DNA from: Flavobacterium sp.
GTDB lineage: Bacteria > Bacteroidota > Bacteroidia > Flavobacteriales > Flavobacteriaceae
NCBI RefSeq assembly: GCF_036515215.1
Contig: NZ_DATBVQ010000060.1
Location: 4,391-68,390, forward strand
Direction: 5' to 3'
Length of the DNA: 64,000 nt
The translations under genes and the position numbers were made by a program. Positions 20,636-30,188 of the stretch are shown here, in pieces. Each line of letters starts with the position of its first letter. The stretch's first letter is position 1. Below the pieces are notes generated by a model that was given only the letters and a program-made list of their open reading frames with translations, made no database searches and was not told the DNA's origin.

Positions 20636-21814
20636 TTAGGCTCTTTCTATCACAATTGCCGAAGCACCACCGCCGCCATTACATATAGCAGCCGCTCCAA
20701 TTTTACCGTTATTCTGTTTCAGTACATTCAACAGTGTAACAATTATTCGGGCTCCAGAACAGCCGAGAGGGTGTCCCAGTGAGACCGCGCCACCATTTAC
20801 GTTAACTTTGTCATTGTCTAAGCCTAAAATTTTCGCGTTTGCCAATCCGACAACTGCGAAAGCTTCATTGAACTCAAAGAAATCAACATCAGTTGTAGTT
20901 AATCCTACTTTGTCTAAAGCTTTAGGAAGTGCTTTTGACGGGCTTGTTGTAAACCATTTTGGTTCTTGTGCAGCATCAGCGTAACTTTTTATAAAAGCTA
21001 AAGGTTTTAATCCCAATGAAAGGGCTTTATCTTCGCTCATTAGAATCAATGCTGCCGCACCGTCATTAATTGTAGAAGCATTTGCAGCCGTAACGGTACC
21101 CTCTTTAGTGAATACTGCATTTAATGTGGGGATACGATCGATTTTTACGTTTGTAAATTCTTCGTCTTTGAATATCATTATTGGGTCGCCTTTCCTTTGC
21201 GGAACTGCAACAGGAACTATTTCATTATCAAACTTTCCGGCTTCCCAGGCTTTTGCAGAACGATCGTACGATTGAATCGCATAATTGTCTTGGTCTTCTC
21301 TGGTGAATTTATATTCAGATGCACACAAGTCAGCGCAAACTCCCATTGCGTTATTGTCATAAGCATCAGTCAAGCCGTCTTTTTGCAACCCGTCAACCAT
21401 AGTTGCTGGGCCAAATTTTGTTCCCGCTCTCAAATGCATGTAATGAGGGGCCAAACTCATGTTTTCCATTCCCCCTGCGACAACAATTTCTGCGTCGCCA
21501 CATTGTATTGCCTGTGCTGCCATCATTACGGATTTCATTCCTGATGCACACACTTTATTTATTGTAGTACAGGCTACGCTATCAGGTAAGCCAGCATAAA
21601 TTGCTGCTTGACGCGCAGGAGCTTGTCCTACACCCGCCTGAATCACATTGCCCATAAAAACTTCATCGACTAAATTTGGATCTAAATTTATTTTATCTAA
21701 TGCTCCTTTTATGGCCGCTGCCCCTAACTTGGGAGCAGAAACGGTAGATAATCCCCCCATAAAACTTCCGATAGGTGTTCTAACGGCAGAAACGATAACA
21801 ACTCTTTTGCTCAT
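20636..21814 (-). CDS. Acetyl-CoA C-acyltransferase (thiolase)
   Basis: NKVCASGM, NEAF, GHPLGCSG, AICNGGGG. Confidence 0.95.
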   Translation of the reverse strand: MSKRVVIVSAVRTPIGSFMGGLSTVSAPKLGAAAIKGALDKINLDPNLVDEVFMGNVIQAGVGQAPARQAAIYAGLPDSVACTTINKVCASGMKSVMMAAQAIQCGDAEIVVAGGMENMSLAPHYMHLRAGTKFGPATMVDGLQKDGLTDAYDNNAMGVCADLCASEYKFTREDQDNYAIQSYDRSAKAWEAGKFDNEIVPVAVPQRKGDPIMIFKDEEFTNVKIDRIPTLNAVFTKEGTVTAANASTINDGAAALILMSEDKALSLGLKPLAFIKSYADAAQEPKWFTTSPSKALPKALDKVGLTTTDVDFFEFNEAFAVVGLANAKILGLDNDKVNVNGGAVSLGHPLGCSGARIIVTLLNVLKQNNGKIGAAAICNGGGGASAIVIERA

Positions 21815-21991
21815 AACTTATATAATGTTGGTTTATGTAGCAAATTTAATCTTTTTTATACAAATTTTGATTTTGATTTGGGGATTATATTTTTTCGAAA
21901 ACAAAAGCGCTTTTTATGATATGCTATATGTTTGACTGTGAAGTGTTTTTATAAAAATGTCAAAAAACATTAAAAAAAAGCCTGAAAATAG

Positions 21992-22022
21992 TTGTGAGTA
22001 ATGCAAAGAAGTCTTAAATTTG
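21992..22022 (+). promoter_or_regulatory. Promoter of the tRNA cluster
   Basis: TTG (21992)-N20-TAAATTTG (22015-22022). Confidence 0.7.
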
Positions 22023-22055
22023 CAACCGCAAAACAGGACACGTTTTCTTGAGCTT

Positions 22056-22139
22056 GGAGGGGTGCCAGAGTGGTAATGGAGCAGTTTGCTAAACTGTCAC
22101 CGAGCAATCGGTGCCAGGGTTCGAGTCCCTGTCCCTCCG
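22056..22139 (+). tRNA. tRNA-Ser(GCT)
   Basis: Acceptor GGAGGGG/TCCCTCC, anticodon arm GCAGT-TTGCTAA-ACTGT, long variable arm, GGTTCGAGTCC; no encoded CCA. Confidence 0.95.
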
Positions 22140-22226
22140 CGTAATTTTTTCATGTTGTGAAATTGGCATTTCAAGGATCGTAGCAATGCGAGAAACATGG
22201 AATTTTTAAATGATGTTATTGTTTTT

Positions 22227-22301
22227 CGGGGTGTAGCGTAGCTCGGTTATCGCGCCTGCTTTGGGAGCAGGAGGCCGCAGGTTCGAATCCTGCCACCCCG
22301 A
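22227..22301 (+). tRNA. tRNA-Pro(TGG)
   Basis: CGGGGTG/CACCCCG, CCTGC-TTTGGGA-GCAGG, GGTTCGAATCC. Confidence 0.96.
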
Positions 22302-22323
22302 CTAAATTTTTTACAAGAGCAAT

Positions 22324-22397
<74 letters not shown>

Positions 22398-22398
22398 C

Positions 22399-22434
22399 AA
22401 ACACCCTATAAACTCTCCGTTTATAGGGTGTTTT
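22399..22434 (+). terminator. Terminator/hairpin after the tRNA cluster
   Basis: AAACACCCTATAAAC-TCTCC-GTTTATAGGGTGTTT. Confidence 0.75.
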
Positions 22435-22742
22435 CATTTATACTCTTAGGGTTCTCGCTCGACGAGTTTATATCAGAATGTGTGCGCAACAGTTATAGTA
22501 TGCGCATCAATGGAATTTTGCGCTTAGCGGTAAATTATTAGTGAACATCTTCAATTTGAATTTTATATTTCCGCAACTATTAATTTAGTTATTTACAAGA
22601 AAATGCTTACAGATTTCATTAATAAAGCACATAATGATGTGCGTTATCGTTAAAAAATGTTTTTAAACGCAATTAATTAATATTTTATTATAATTTTAAC
22701 GCATATAATAGGTTAAATACAAATTTCAAAAAAAATACCACA

Positions 22743-25700
22743 TTGAAACAAAATTACCCAAAAAATCTATTAATTGTCTGTGCGTTTTTATGGACTTTGG
22801 TTGCTTTTTCTCAGCAGAATCAAGTGATTTATGTGAGTTATGGCAATCCAGCAATTAATATTCCCTATAATGGAACTGTTAGTTTTGGTTCATCTACCGA
22901 AATCGAATTTGCGATCACTAACATACCTGATGGAAACGGAAACCCTTCGTTGGTTTTGTCAAACCCGGAAGTTACCTTAAGCAACACCAATTTTGTTGTT
23001 TCATCGCGGCCATCTGAATTCAATATAAAGAAAGGTGATGTCAGTGTTTTCAGAATACGAAAAAATAATTTTGCTTGTAATAGTTCCCCACAATCTACGA
23101 TTGTTAGTGTGCACTCCAATGGCAAAAATTACACGGAATTTACATTTATTATAACCTTTACAAATGCGCCGTCGATCTCTGTATTAGGAGGTACGCCAAC
23201 ACAACCTGTACCTAACGGACAAATTGTTCCAAATTCAGCAACTGGAACCTTATTTGGAACTGTTACTGCTGGAGCGACCGCCACAAGAAATTATCTAATT
23301 GTCAATACGGGTACCTGTTCGCTAACGCTTGATCCATTAACATGTTTCGGCTACGACCCTATAACGGGAGTACAATCTACAGATTTTTTAATATATGTTC
23401 CACCGACACCTTACGGTTATCCGGTTGGTACTTCTGGTGGAAACGTCATTCCGCCTGGAGGAGCATCATATATTGTTGTTTTATTTCATCCGCAAACTCC
23501 TGGTATTAAATCGGCAATAATTTCAATTCCCAGTAACGATACAACAAAAGACCCATATTATTTTGTCGTAAGTGGTGAAGTATATAATCCAAACGTAACA
23601 GGACCGGGAGGAGGAAACCCAGATTTTAGACTGTGGCTCAAGTCTACCAGAGGAGTAAGTTTATCTGGAACTAATTATGTGCCTCTTTGGAAAGATTTGG
23701 GATCAACGGGTAAAGATGCTACGCAATCCGAAGCGGTAAATCAGCCAACATATATTGATGCGGCCGTTGATATTAGTGATGGAAAAGCTGGGAACATTAA
23801 TTTCAATCCTGTTGTAAAATTTAAAAATGATGGGGTCTCATTGAGTCAATTCTTATATAATACTGATAACGGATATTATACGCATGAAACTTTAATTGTT
23901 ATGGAACCGGATGTAGCGATAGACGGATCTACTTCGCCTATGACTATTATTTCAGGAACTTCGGCTGCAAACCCTTCATATCCAATTGTTGGAGGTGAAC
24001 ATACTGGTGTCGGATTGGGTAATTTCACGACACGTTTTGCAGATGAAAGATTGTGGTTCAGCCAATGGCAGGATAATATCGGTAGTTTTTATAGTATGGC
24101 GGATAATTACGGCGATTATTCAAAAGCAGGAATTATAAATACTCGAAATAAGACAATCACTGCCTCAGATGGAATCGAGATGTTATTCAATACCAATTTA
24201 CTAGGAAGTTTAACGACGAATACAACTTATGCAAATTTAGGATATAGTGATCCGGGGCCTCCTGTTCTTTTTAAAGGAACCCCTTATAATATTGGAAAAA
24301 ATATAAATAGCGGTTCCACTTATGGAAATCTTAATGGTAGGGTGGCGGAGATAATTTCTTATGCTTCCCGTGTACTTGATGAGAATAGGCCCAAGATTGA
24401 AACCTACCTTGCCATAAAATACGGTATAACTTTAGGGGTAAACGGGACCAGTAAAAATTATCTTGATTCAGGGGGGACTGTCATCTGGGATGTTACCGCT
24501 AATGCTGGTTATAATTATAACATTGCCGGAATTGGCGAGGATGTGGCTTCTGATTTATATCAAAAACAATCGAAAAGCGGTAATGACCCCAATGAAGTAA
24601 CCATAGGTATGGGAGTTATCGCAGCAACTAATAACGCTAATATAAATGAGTTTAAAAAAGACCGTGATTTTTTAGTTTGGGGATCTGATAATGGGACCTA
24701 CATTGCAGACGGTACCAATACCATCACAATAAACAGCGGACTAACCACCTCGACAACTCGAATCAACAAAAAATGGAAAATTGTTGAAACTAAAACGGAT
24801 GTTAATGGCGATGTTGAAAATGTATTTGTAGGCATTCCTGTAACAGCTTTTAGTGCGTTTCCAAAATCAGCTGATGAAGAATATGCATTAATAGTTAGTG
24901 ATAGTCCTGCTTTTGCAGATGCCGATATTATAGATATAATACCTTTAAAAACTATAGGGGGCATTTTGCAAACATGGTATGATTTTGACGGGACCAAATA
25001 TTTTACCTTTGGGAAAGCTCTAAAAGTTACGGTAAAAGAAGACATAAATATTAACGCCGCTGATGATTTTTTAGTTGGGGAGTATGCCTTAAATCTAAAT
25101 AGTGGTTCATTTACGATAGGTTGTTGGTTAAGAAATGATGGGAGTAGCACTGCCAACAGAACTATAATTAGCAAGGGGGTTAATTTAGAATTACGTTTGA
25201 ATGCGCAACATAAAGTGGAAGCATATTGGGATGGTGTTTTAAGATTTCAGTCAAGTACTGCAATTGCGGATGGAAAATGGCATAACATCGTTGCCGTGTA
25301 TTATGCTGGAGCTGCCGACTTTTATGTAGACGGAGTCATAGAATCTTCTACATTTAATCTCACAAATCCATCGCCTAATTATTCCAGGTTTTCAGTTGGA
25401 GCGCTTTATGTTAATAAAAATGACATCAGAACGCCATTTAATGGTGAAATCGATGAGATCAATATTTGGAACATGGCATTATCGTCAGACCAGATAAATT
25501 ACCTAATGAATCAAGAGGTTGAAAAACATTCAAACGGTAATGTTAATGGTAAAGTAATCCCGCAAGGAATTTCTAAAAATGAATTTAAAACAATTCCATG
25601 GACTGAACTTAAGGCATATTATGATTATAATGTGTATTATGGTACAACTATAGAAGGTTTAACTGATGACCGCAATTTTTTACGAATAAAATATTTAAAA

Positions 25701-27665
25701 AAAGACAAACAGATTCTTAATGCCCAGACTGCGCCATTGCCTTATGAGACAGTTTCAGATGGTGCATGGAGCGACTCCGCAATCTGGAAAAACGGTTCTT
25801 TGCAAACTATTCCTGGCAATAATTCTATTATTGATGGTACCAGATCAGTAGACGGAAACATTGTTAAAATCAAAAACAATGTAACATCAGTAGGAAACAA
25901 AACTGTTTTGGGGCTTTTTGTTGACGGTACTGACGCAATTACCTATAAAACACTATCGGCAAATAATGACACTAAAGTTCAGGTTTCCCATTATTTAAAA
26001 TTGGATGGTTTAATTGATTTGACAGGTCGCTCACAACTGGTTCAGACACTTGATAGTGAACTTGACGCCAATAGTATAGGATTCATAAAAAGAGACCAGC
26101 AAGGGACTGTTAATAAATACAATTATAATTATTGGTCTTCGCCTGTAGGACCAATAAATGGAACTGCTAATAATAACAATTATACGGTTGCGGGAGTTTT
26201 TAAGGATGGCACAACGATTGGAGATCCTAAAGATATAACTTGGATAGGAGGCTATAATGGTAGTGTTTCACCTTTTAGCCTAGCAAGGTATTGGCTGTAC
26301 AAATTTGAGAATGGAAGTGAATATGCCAATTGGAAACACTTTACTGAAACAGGTCTCATTAAACCTTCTCAAGGATTTATCGTTAAAGGTGCTGGGGCAG
26401 TAGATACGAGCAATTTGATAAACCAAAATTACACTTTTAAAGGTAAGCCGTACAATGGGCTTATTAACGGTAATTCAGTACTGCCTAATAACTTATTTTT
26501 GGTTGGAAACCCATACCCGTCAGCTTTAGATGCTTTTGAGTTTATAAAAGATAATATTTCCACTGCTAATGGAGGTAATAATAGTATTGATATAATCGAT
26601 GGGACATTGTATTTTTGGGAACATTCTCCTAGTAATGCCACTCATGTACTGTCTGGCTATACTGGTGGATATGCAACCTTAACTTTAGTGGGTGGTGTTG
26701 CTCCTTCGGCACCTATCGGCATAACTGGCGTGGGCACAAGCACTAAAATGTCATACCAGTATATACCTGTAGGTCAAGGCTTTTTTGTAAACGGTGACGT
26801 AAGTATTGCAACATCGGAGCCAATTATTTTTAATAATAATCAAAGGGCTTTCGTTAAAGAAAATAGTGTAGATGATGTTCTTGCTCCAATTTCAAATACC
26901 TTATTTAAAAACAGCAGTAGCAGCAAATCTAAAATAGTAGACCATTTCAATGACAACAGGAATGATGTGGTTTACAATAATTACAACACAAAAATCAGAC
27001 TTGGTTTTAATACCTCTAATAATTTTCACAGGCAATTGTTACTAGGATTCATGAACGAGAATGCAACTGATGGTGTTGATCTTGCATATGATGGTTATCA
27101 AATAGATACTCAAGATAATGATTCTTATTTTCTGATCGATGATGGGGAATATACGATTCAAGGTGATGGTTATTTCGATGCCAATAAAGCCTATCCGATA
27201 GGGGTAAAAACCGATACAATTGGTACGGTTAAATTTATGGTGGATGCCACGGAGTTTCTGCCTGCAAATACAAGTATTTGGATACAAGACAAAGAAACGG
27301 CAACTTTTTATGATATTACTAAGGACGCGGTTGAAGTCAATCTGGCAGCCGGCACGTATAATAACCGTTTTGAATTAATGTTTAAAACAGAAAAGTCTGA
27401 GGTAGTTGCAGAAAACGAATTGCCGGACTCAACACTATTGATTTACAACGATGACGTAAAGAAGAAATTGTTTATAACTAAGAATAAAGAAATTATAATT
27501 AAAGACGTTTTGGTATACAATATTCTCGGACAACGGATCATAGCAGTTGACAAGATAGCAGATTCTGACACGATTGAAATTCCTTTCAATGTCCAAAGCG
27601 GAACTTATATTGTTAAAGTTAATACCAATAAAGGAGCGGTCAGTCAAAAAGTTTTGAAACAATAA
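22743..27665 (+). CDS. Large T9SS-secreted protein (choice-of-anchor D/Ig-like domains, LamG-like domains, type A CTD)
   Basis: TTG start and signal peptide; Ig-like F.PQTPGIKSAIISIPSND; IETYLAIKYGITL; LamG-like DGKWHNIV..FNGEIDEINIWN.ALS; YNYWSSPV; VGNPYPSALD; CTD VYNILGQ..SGTYIVKV..KVLKQ. Confidence 0.85.
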   Translation: MKQNYPKNLLIVCAFLWTLVAFSQQNQVIYVSYGNPAINIPYNGTVSFGSSTEIEFAITNIPDGNGNPSLVLSNPEVTLSNTNFVVSSRPSEFNIKKGDVSVFRIRKNNFACNSSPQSTIVSVHSNGKNYTEFTFIITFTNAPSISVLGGTPTQPVPNGQIVPNSATGTLFGTVTAGATATRNYLIVNTGTCSLTLDPLTCFGYDPITGVQSTDFLIYVPPTPYGYPVGTSGGNVIPPGGASYIVVLFHPQTPGIKSAIISIPSNDTTKDPYYFVVSGEVYNPNVTGPGGGNPDFRLWLKSTRGVSLSGTNYVPLWKDLGSTGKDATQSEAVNQPTYIDAAVDISDGKAGNINFNPVVKFKNDGVSLSQFLYNTDNGYYTHETLIVMEPDVAIDGSTSPMTIISGTSAANPSYPIVGGEHTGVGLGNFTTRFADERLWFSQWQDNIGSFYSMADNYGDYSKAGIINTRNKTITASDGIEMLFNTNLLGSLTTNTTYANLGYSDPGPPVLFKGTPYNIGKNINSGSTYGNLNGRVAEIISYASRVLDENRPKIETYLAIKYGITLGVNGTSKNYLDSGGTVIWDVTANAGYNYNIAGIGEDVASDLYQKQSKSGNDPNEVTIGMGVIAATNNANINEFKKDRDFLVWGSDNGTYIADGTNTITINSGLTTSTTRINKKWKIVETKTDVNGDVENVFVGIPVTAFSAFPKSADEEYALIVSDSPAFADADIIDIIPLKTIGGILQTWYDFDGTKYFTFGKALKVTVKEDININAADDFLVGEYALNLNSGSFTIGCWLRNDGSSTANRTIISKGVNLELRLNAQHKVEAYWDGVLRFQSSTAIADGKWHNIVAVYYAGAADFYVDGVIESSTFNLTNPSPNYSRFSVGALYVNKNDIRTPFNGEIDEINIWNMALSSDQINYLMNQEVEKHSNGNVNGKVIPQGISKNEFKTIPWTELKAYYDYNVYYGTTIEGLTDDRNFLRIKYLKKDKQILNAQTAPLPYETVSDGAWSDSAIWKNGSLQTIPGNNSIIDGTRSVDGNIVKIKNNVTSVGNKTVLGLFVDGTDAITYKTLSANNDTKVQVSHYLKLDGLIDLTGRSQLVQTLDSELDANSIGFIKRDQQGTVNKYNYNYWSSPVGPINGTANNNNYTVAGVFKDGTTIGDPKDITWIGGYNGSVSPFSLARYWLYKFENGSEYANWKHFTETGLIKPSQGFIVKGAGAVDTSNLINQNYTFKGKPYNGLINGNSVLPNNLFLVGNPYPSALDAFEFIKDNISTANGGNNSIDIIDGTLYFWEHSPSNATHVLSGYTGGYATLTLVGGVAPSAPIGITGVGTSTKMSYQYIPVGQGFFVNGDVSIATSEPIIFNNNQRAFVKENSVDDVLAPISNTLFKNSSSSKSKIVDHFNDNRNDVVYNNYNTKIRLGFNTSNNFHRQLLLGFMNENATDGVDLAYDGYQIDTQDNDSYFLIDDGEYTIQGDGYFDANKAYPIGVKTDTIGTVKFMVDATEFLPANTSIWIQDKETATFYDITKDAVEVNLAAGTYNNRFELMFKTEKSEVVAENELPDSTLLIYNDDVKKKLFITKNKEIIIKDVLVYNILGQRIIAVDKIADSDTIEIPFNVQSGTYIVKVNTNKGAVSQKVLKQ

Positions 27666-27687
27666 CATTGTAGTTTTCTACAGTAAT

Positions 27688-27720
27688 AAAAAAAGGACAC
27701 TAGAAATAGTGTCTTTTTTT
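27688..27720 (+). terminator. Intrinsic terminator
   Basis: A7-GGACACTA-GAAA-TAGTGTC-T7. Confidence 0.85.
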
Positions 27721-27772
27721 ATTTTGCCCCTACAAATCATTTCAAATGTTATATTTTTATAAAAAAGTAGAT

Positions 27773-28432
27773 ATGAATCCTTCCCTTAAATTTTGCTTGT
27801 TAATTGGTTTGTTTTCATCGTGTATTTCTTGTAAAGCGCAAGTTCATGTTCCTTCAAATGAGGCAACTTACAAAACAGTCGTAAACGACACGACCTTTGT
27901 TAACCTGAAAGACTACAGCGGCGATTTCGTGTACGATATGAAATATGCTACCGAGGATAATTTTTTGAAAGCTAAGGTATACGATTGCTCCGAATGTTAT
28001 TTGCGTATGAAAACGGTAAATGCTTTGATTGAGGCCAATAAGGAATTTGTCAGAAGAGGATATAGGATTAAACTTTTTGATTGCTACAGGCCTTTGGACA
28101 TTCAAAAAAAGATGTGGAAAATTGTCTCAAATCCCATATATGTAGCTGATCCCGCAAAAGGATCGATTCACAATAGAGGAGGGGCGGTGGATATAACTTT
28201 GGTTGATGCAGCAGGAAAAGAGCTCGATATGGGGACAGCTTTCGATTTTTTTGGGATTGAAGCGAGTCATAATTACACTAATCTTTCTGAGACAATTATA
28301 GAAAACAGGAGACTGCTGAAAAGTGTGATGACAGCGACTGATTTTAACTCCTTTGACTCTGAGTGGTGGCATTATAACTTAAAATCAGCGTTGAATGACA
28401 AACTATCGAATGTGAAATGGGATTGTGACTAA
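27773..28432 (+). CDS. D-alanyl-D-alanine dipeptidase (M15D, VanX/DdpX family), exported
   Basis: DCYRP, SIHNRGGAVD (SxHxxGxAxD) and EWWH; N-terminal signal; start probably ATG 27773. Confidence 0.9.
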   Translation: MNPSLKFCLLIGLFSSCISCKAQVHVPSNEATYKTVVNDTTFVNLKDYSGDFVYDMKYATEDNFLKAKVYDCSECYLRMKTVNALIEANKEFVRRGYRIKLFDCYRPLDIQKKMWKIVSNPIYVADPAKGSIHNRGGAVDITLVDAAGKELDMGTAFDFFGIEASHNYTNLSETIIENRRLLKSVMTATDFNSFDSEWWHYNLKSALNDKLSNVKWDCD

Positions 28433-28999
28433 TTACATAATACATCGCAAATTATCCATAAAATAAGTTTCTGGCTCATATACCTGATTGTCTAACTCTG
28501 ATCTGAAAGTTTTCTTAATCACGTAATCTTCTGTTTCGGTCAAATATTTAATCCTCATTAAGGACATGGGAGAACTTTTTAACTCTTCCAGGCTTCCTTT
28601 CATAAACATAAAATTACCGATAGTTAGTCGATTGTCAAAATTTTTATCGTCGCGAATCATGGTGCCGCAATTTTCCGCATCAATATGAACTAAGGTTATT
28701 ATTTTTCCATTGTTTAACTGTAAAAATAATTTTGAATTTTTATCAAAACAATTTGCTTTCAAAAAGCCTTTGCTCTTTTGGATAAGTTGGACATTTAAGG
28801 TTGGCAGACCGTCCGTTAATTCTAGTGAAAAAAAGATAAAATCGGAATTACCGGCAAAATTTTTCTCGCAAATCATATAGGTCTTGGTCGATTTATAATC
28901 GCCTATGGAATCAGAAACGTTTACGCTATATTCACATGGTTTTTGCGCAAATGCACTTAAGCTTAAAAGAAAAAAGGCTACTATAATTAACTGTTTCAT
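28433..28999 (-). CDS. Exported hypothetical protein
   Basis: Signal peptide ending AFA-Q; 188 aa; four Cys. Confidence 0.75.
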   Translation of the reverse strand: MKQLIIVAFFLLSLSAFAQKPCEYSVNVSDSIGDYKSTKTYMICEKNFAGNSDFIFFSLELTDGLPTLNVQLIQKSKGFLKANCFDKNSKLFLQLNNGKIITLVHIDAENCGTMIRDDKNFDNRLTIGNFMFMKGSLEELKSSPMSLMRIKYLTETEDYVIKKTFRSELDNQVYEPETYFMDNLRCIM

Positions 29000-29003
29000 T
29001 TTA

Positions 29004-30188
29004 TTATATTTTGGTGCAAATTAAAACTATTTTATTGTTATTTTCATCAGTTGAAAAGAAACAATACAGATTTCCGCCTTGTTTAATTTTCCATTTTTTT
29101 CGGATATTTTCAACCGTATCCGGAAAATTTCTGGTTGTAATGTTTGCTTTTTTGTTTTCCAAAAAGGTTTTCATGTCAGTTTTGCTGTACGGGATACAAT
29201 TTTGAATTTCAAAAGCCCTTCCGGGGAACGGAATTAGATTTGTAGAAGTATATAAATGGGAATGTTTGTGAAGTTTATCTAGGTTGTAAAACAATCCCAC
29301 TTCGTCAAAACCTCCTGATTTCATGATGGCGCTGTTGGGTTCGTAAAGATATTTTTGGGGTAAGCCATAGTTTGGCGTTTTGTCATTTTCATTCAAGATA
29401 AAATCAAAGGTCTCCGTTTTTTCCTTTAGCAGGTTGACGGTCTTAATGGTAACCTTTGAATTGTAATTGGAGTGCAATTCCCATAGAAGCTCTTTTACTT
29501 CATTTTCTAATGCAACAATGTGAATCGTTTTTACATTTTTAAGCTCTGATAGTCCAGCCGAAATATCGAGTAGCGGCGCTGTCTTTACGAGTATGGAATC
29601 CGTACTGTTAAAGTAGCAATCAAGATTTTCAGGAACGTTTGGCAGGCAGTCCTTAAGCATGAATACTTTGCCTTTGGCATCGTTTCGCCTAGAAGGATCA
29701 ATATAGATCCAGTCCCATTTTTTATTTAATGTTGCTAAAGTCGATGAGCTATCTCCTGCGTGGCATGTAATGTTGTTTGCTTTTAATTGTTCGAAATTGT
29801 GCCTGACTATTATAGAGAGTTCAGAATTGATTTCGCAATGGGCGACCGCTTTTATTTTTTTGGAAAAGTAAAAATCATCCACGCCAAAACCACCGGTCAA
29901 ATCGATAAGTGATTCTCCTGAAACAAGCGATGCTTTATAGGAAGCGGTTTTTTCCGAAGAGGTTTGCTCTATTGATATTTTACTGGGAAAAACAATGTTT
30001 TTTGTGGCAAACCAGTTCGGTAATTTGTCCTTTGCCTTTGCTTTAGCTTCAATTTGGTTCAATATAGATATCCATTTCGCATTTGGAAATGGGTTTTTTT
30101 GAAGAGCCAAAGTTGAAATTCGTTTGTCGACATTATCATTAATAAACGCTTGAATTTCGGGATTTAGTATCGTCAAATCCAAAATCAT
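29004..30188 (-). CDS. Class I SAM-dependent methyltransferase with THUMP-like C-terminal domain
   Basis: EQTSSE, IDLTGGFGVD (SAM binding), YIDPSRR, YLYEPNSAIMKSG. Confidence 0.82.
   Translation of the reverse strand: MILDLTILNPEIQAFINDNVDKRISTLALQKNPFPNAKWISILNQIEAKAKAKDKLPNWFATKNIVFPSKISIEQTSSEKTASYKASLVSGESLIDLTGGFGVDDFYFSKKIKAVAHCEINSELSIIVRHNFEQLKANNITCHAGDSSSTLATLNKKWDWIYIDPSRRNDAKGKVFMLKDCLPNVPENLDCYFNSTDSILVKTAPLLDISAGLSELKNVKTIHIVALENEVKELLWELHSNYNSKVTIKTVNLLKEKTETFDFILNENDKTPNYGLPQKYLYEPNSAIMKSGGFDEVGLFYNLDKLHKHSHLYTSTNLIPFPGRAFEIQNCIPYSKTDMKTFLENKKANITTRNFPDTVENIRKKWKIKQGGNLYCFFSTDENNNKIVLICTKI

Noticed and set aside
22398-27720. Genomic island integrated at tRNA-Arg
   Set aside because: No integrase and no duplicated tRNA 3' end (att site) found by eye in the window
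27773-28432. Vancomycin resistance locus
   Set aside because: Lone VanX-family gene with no vanH/vanA/vanRS
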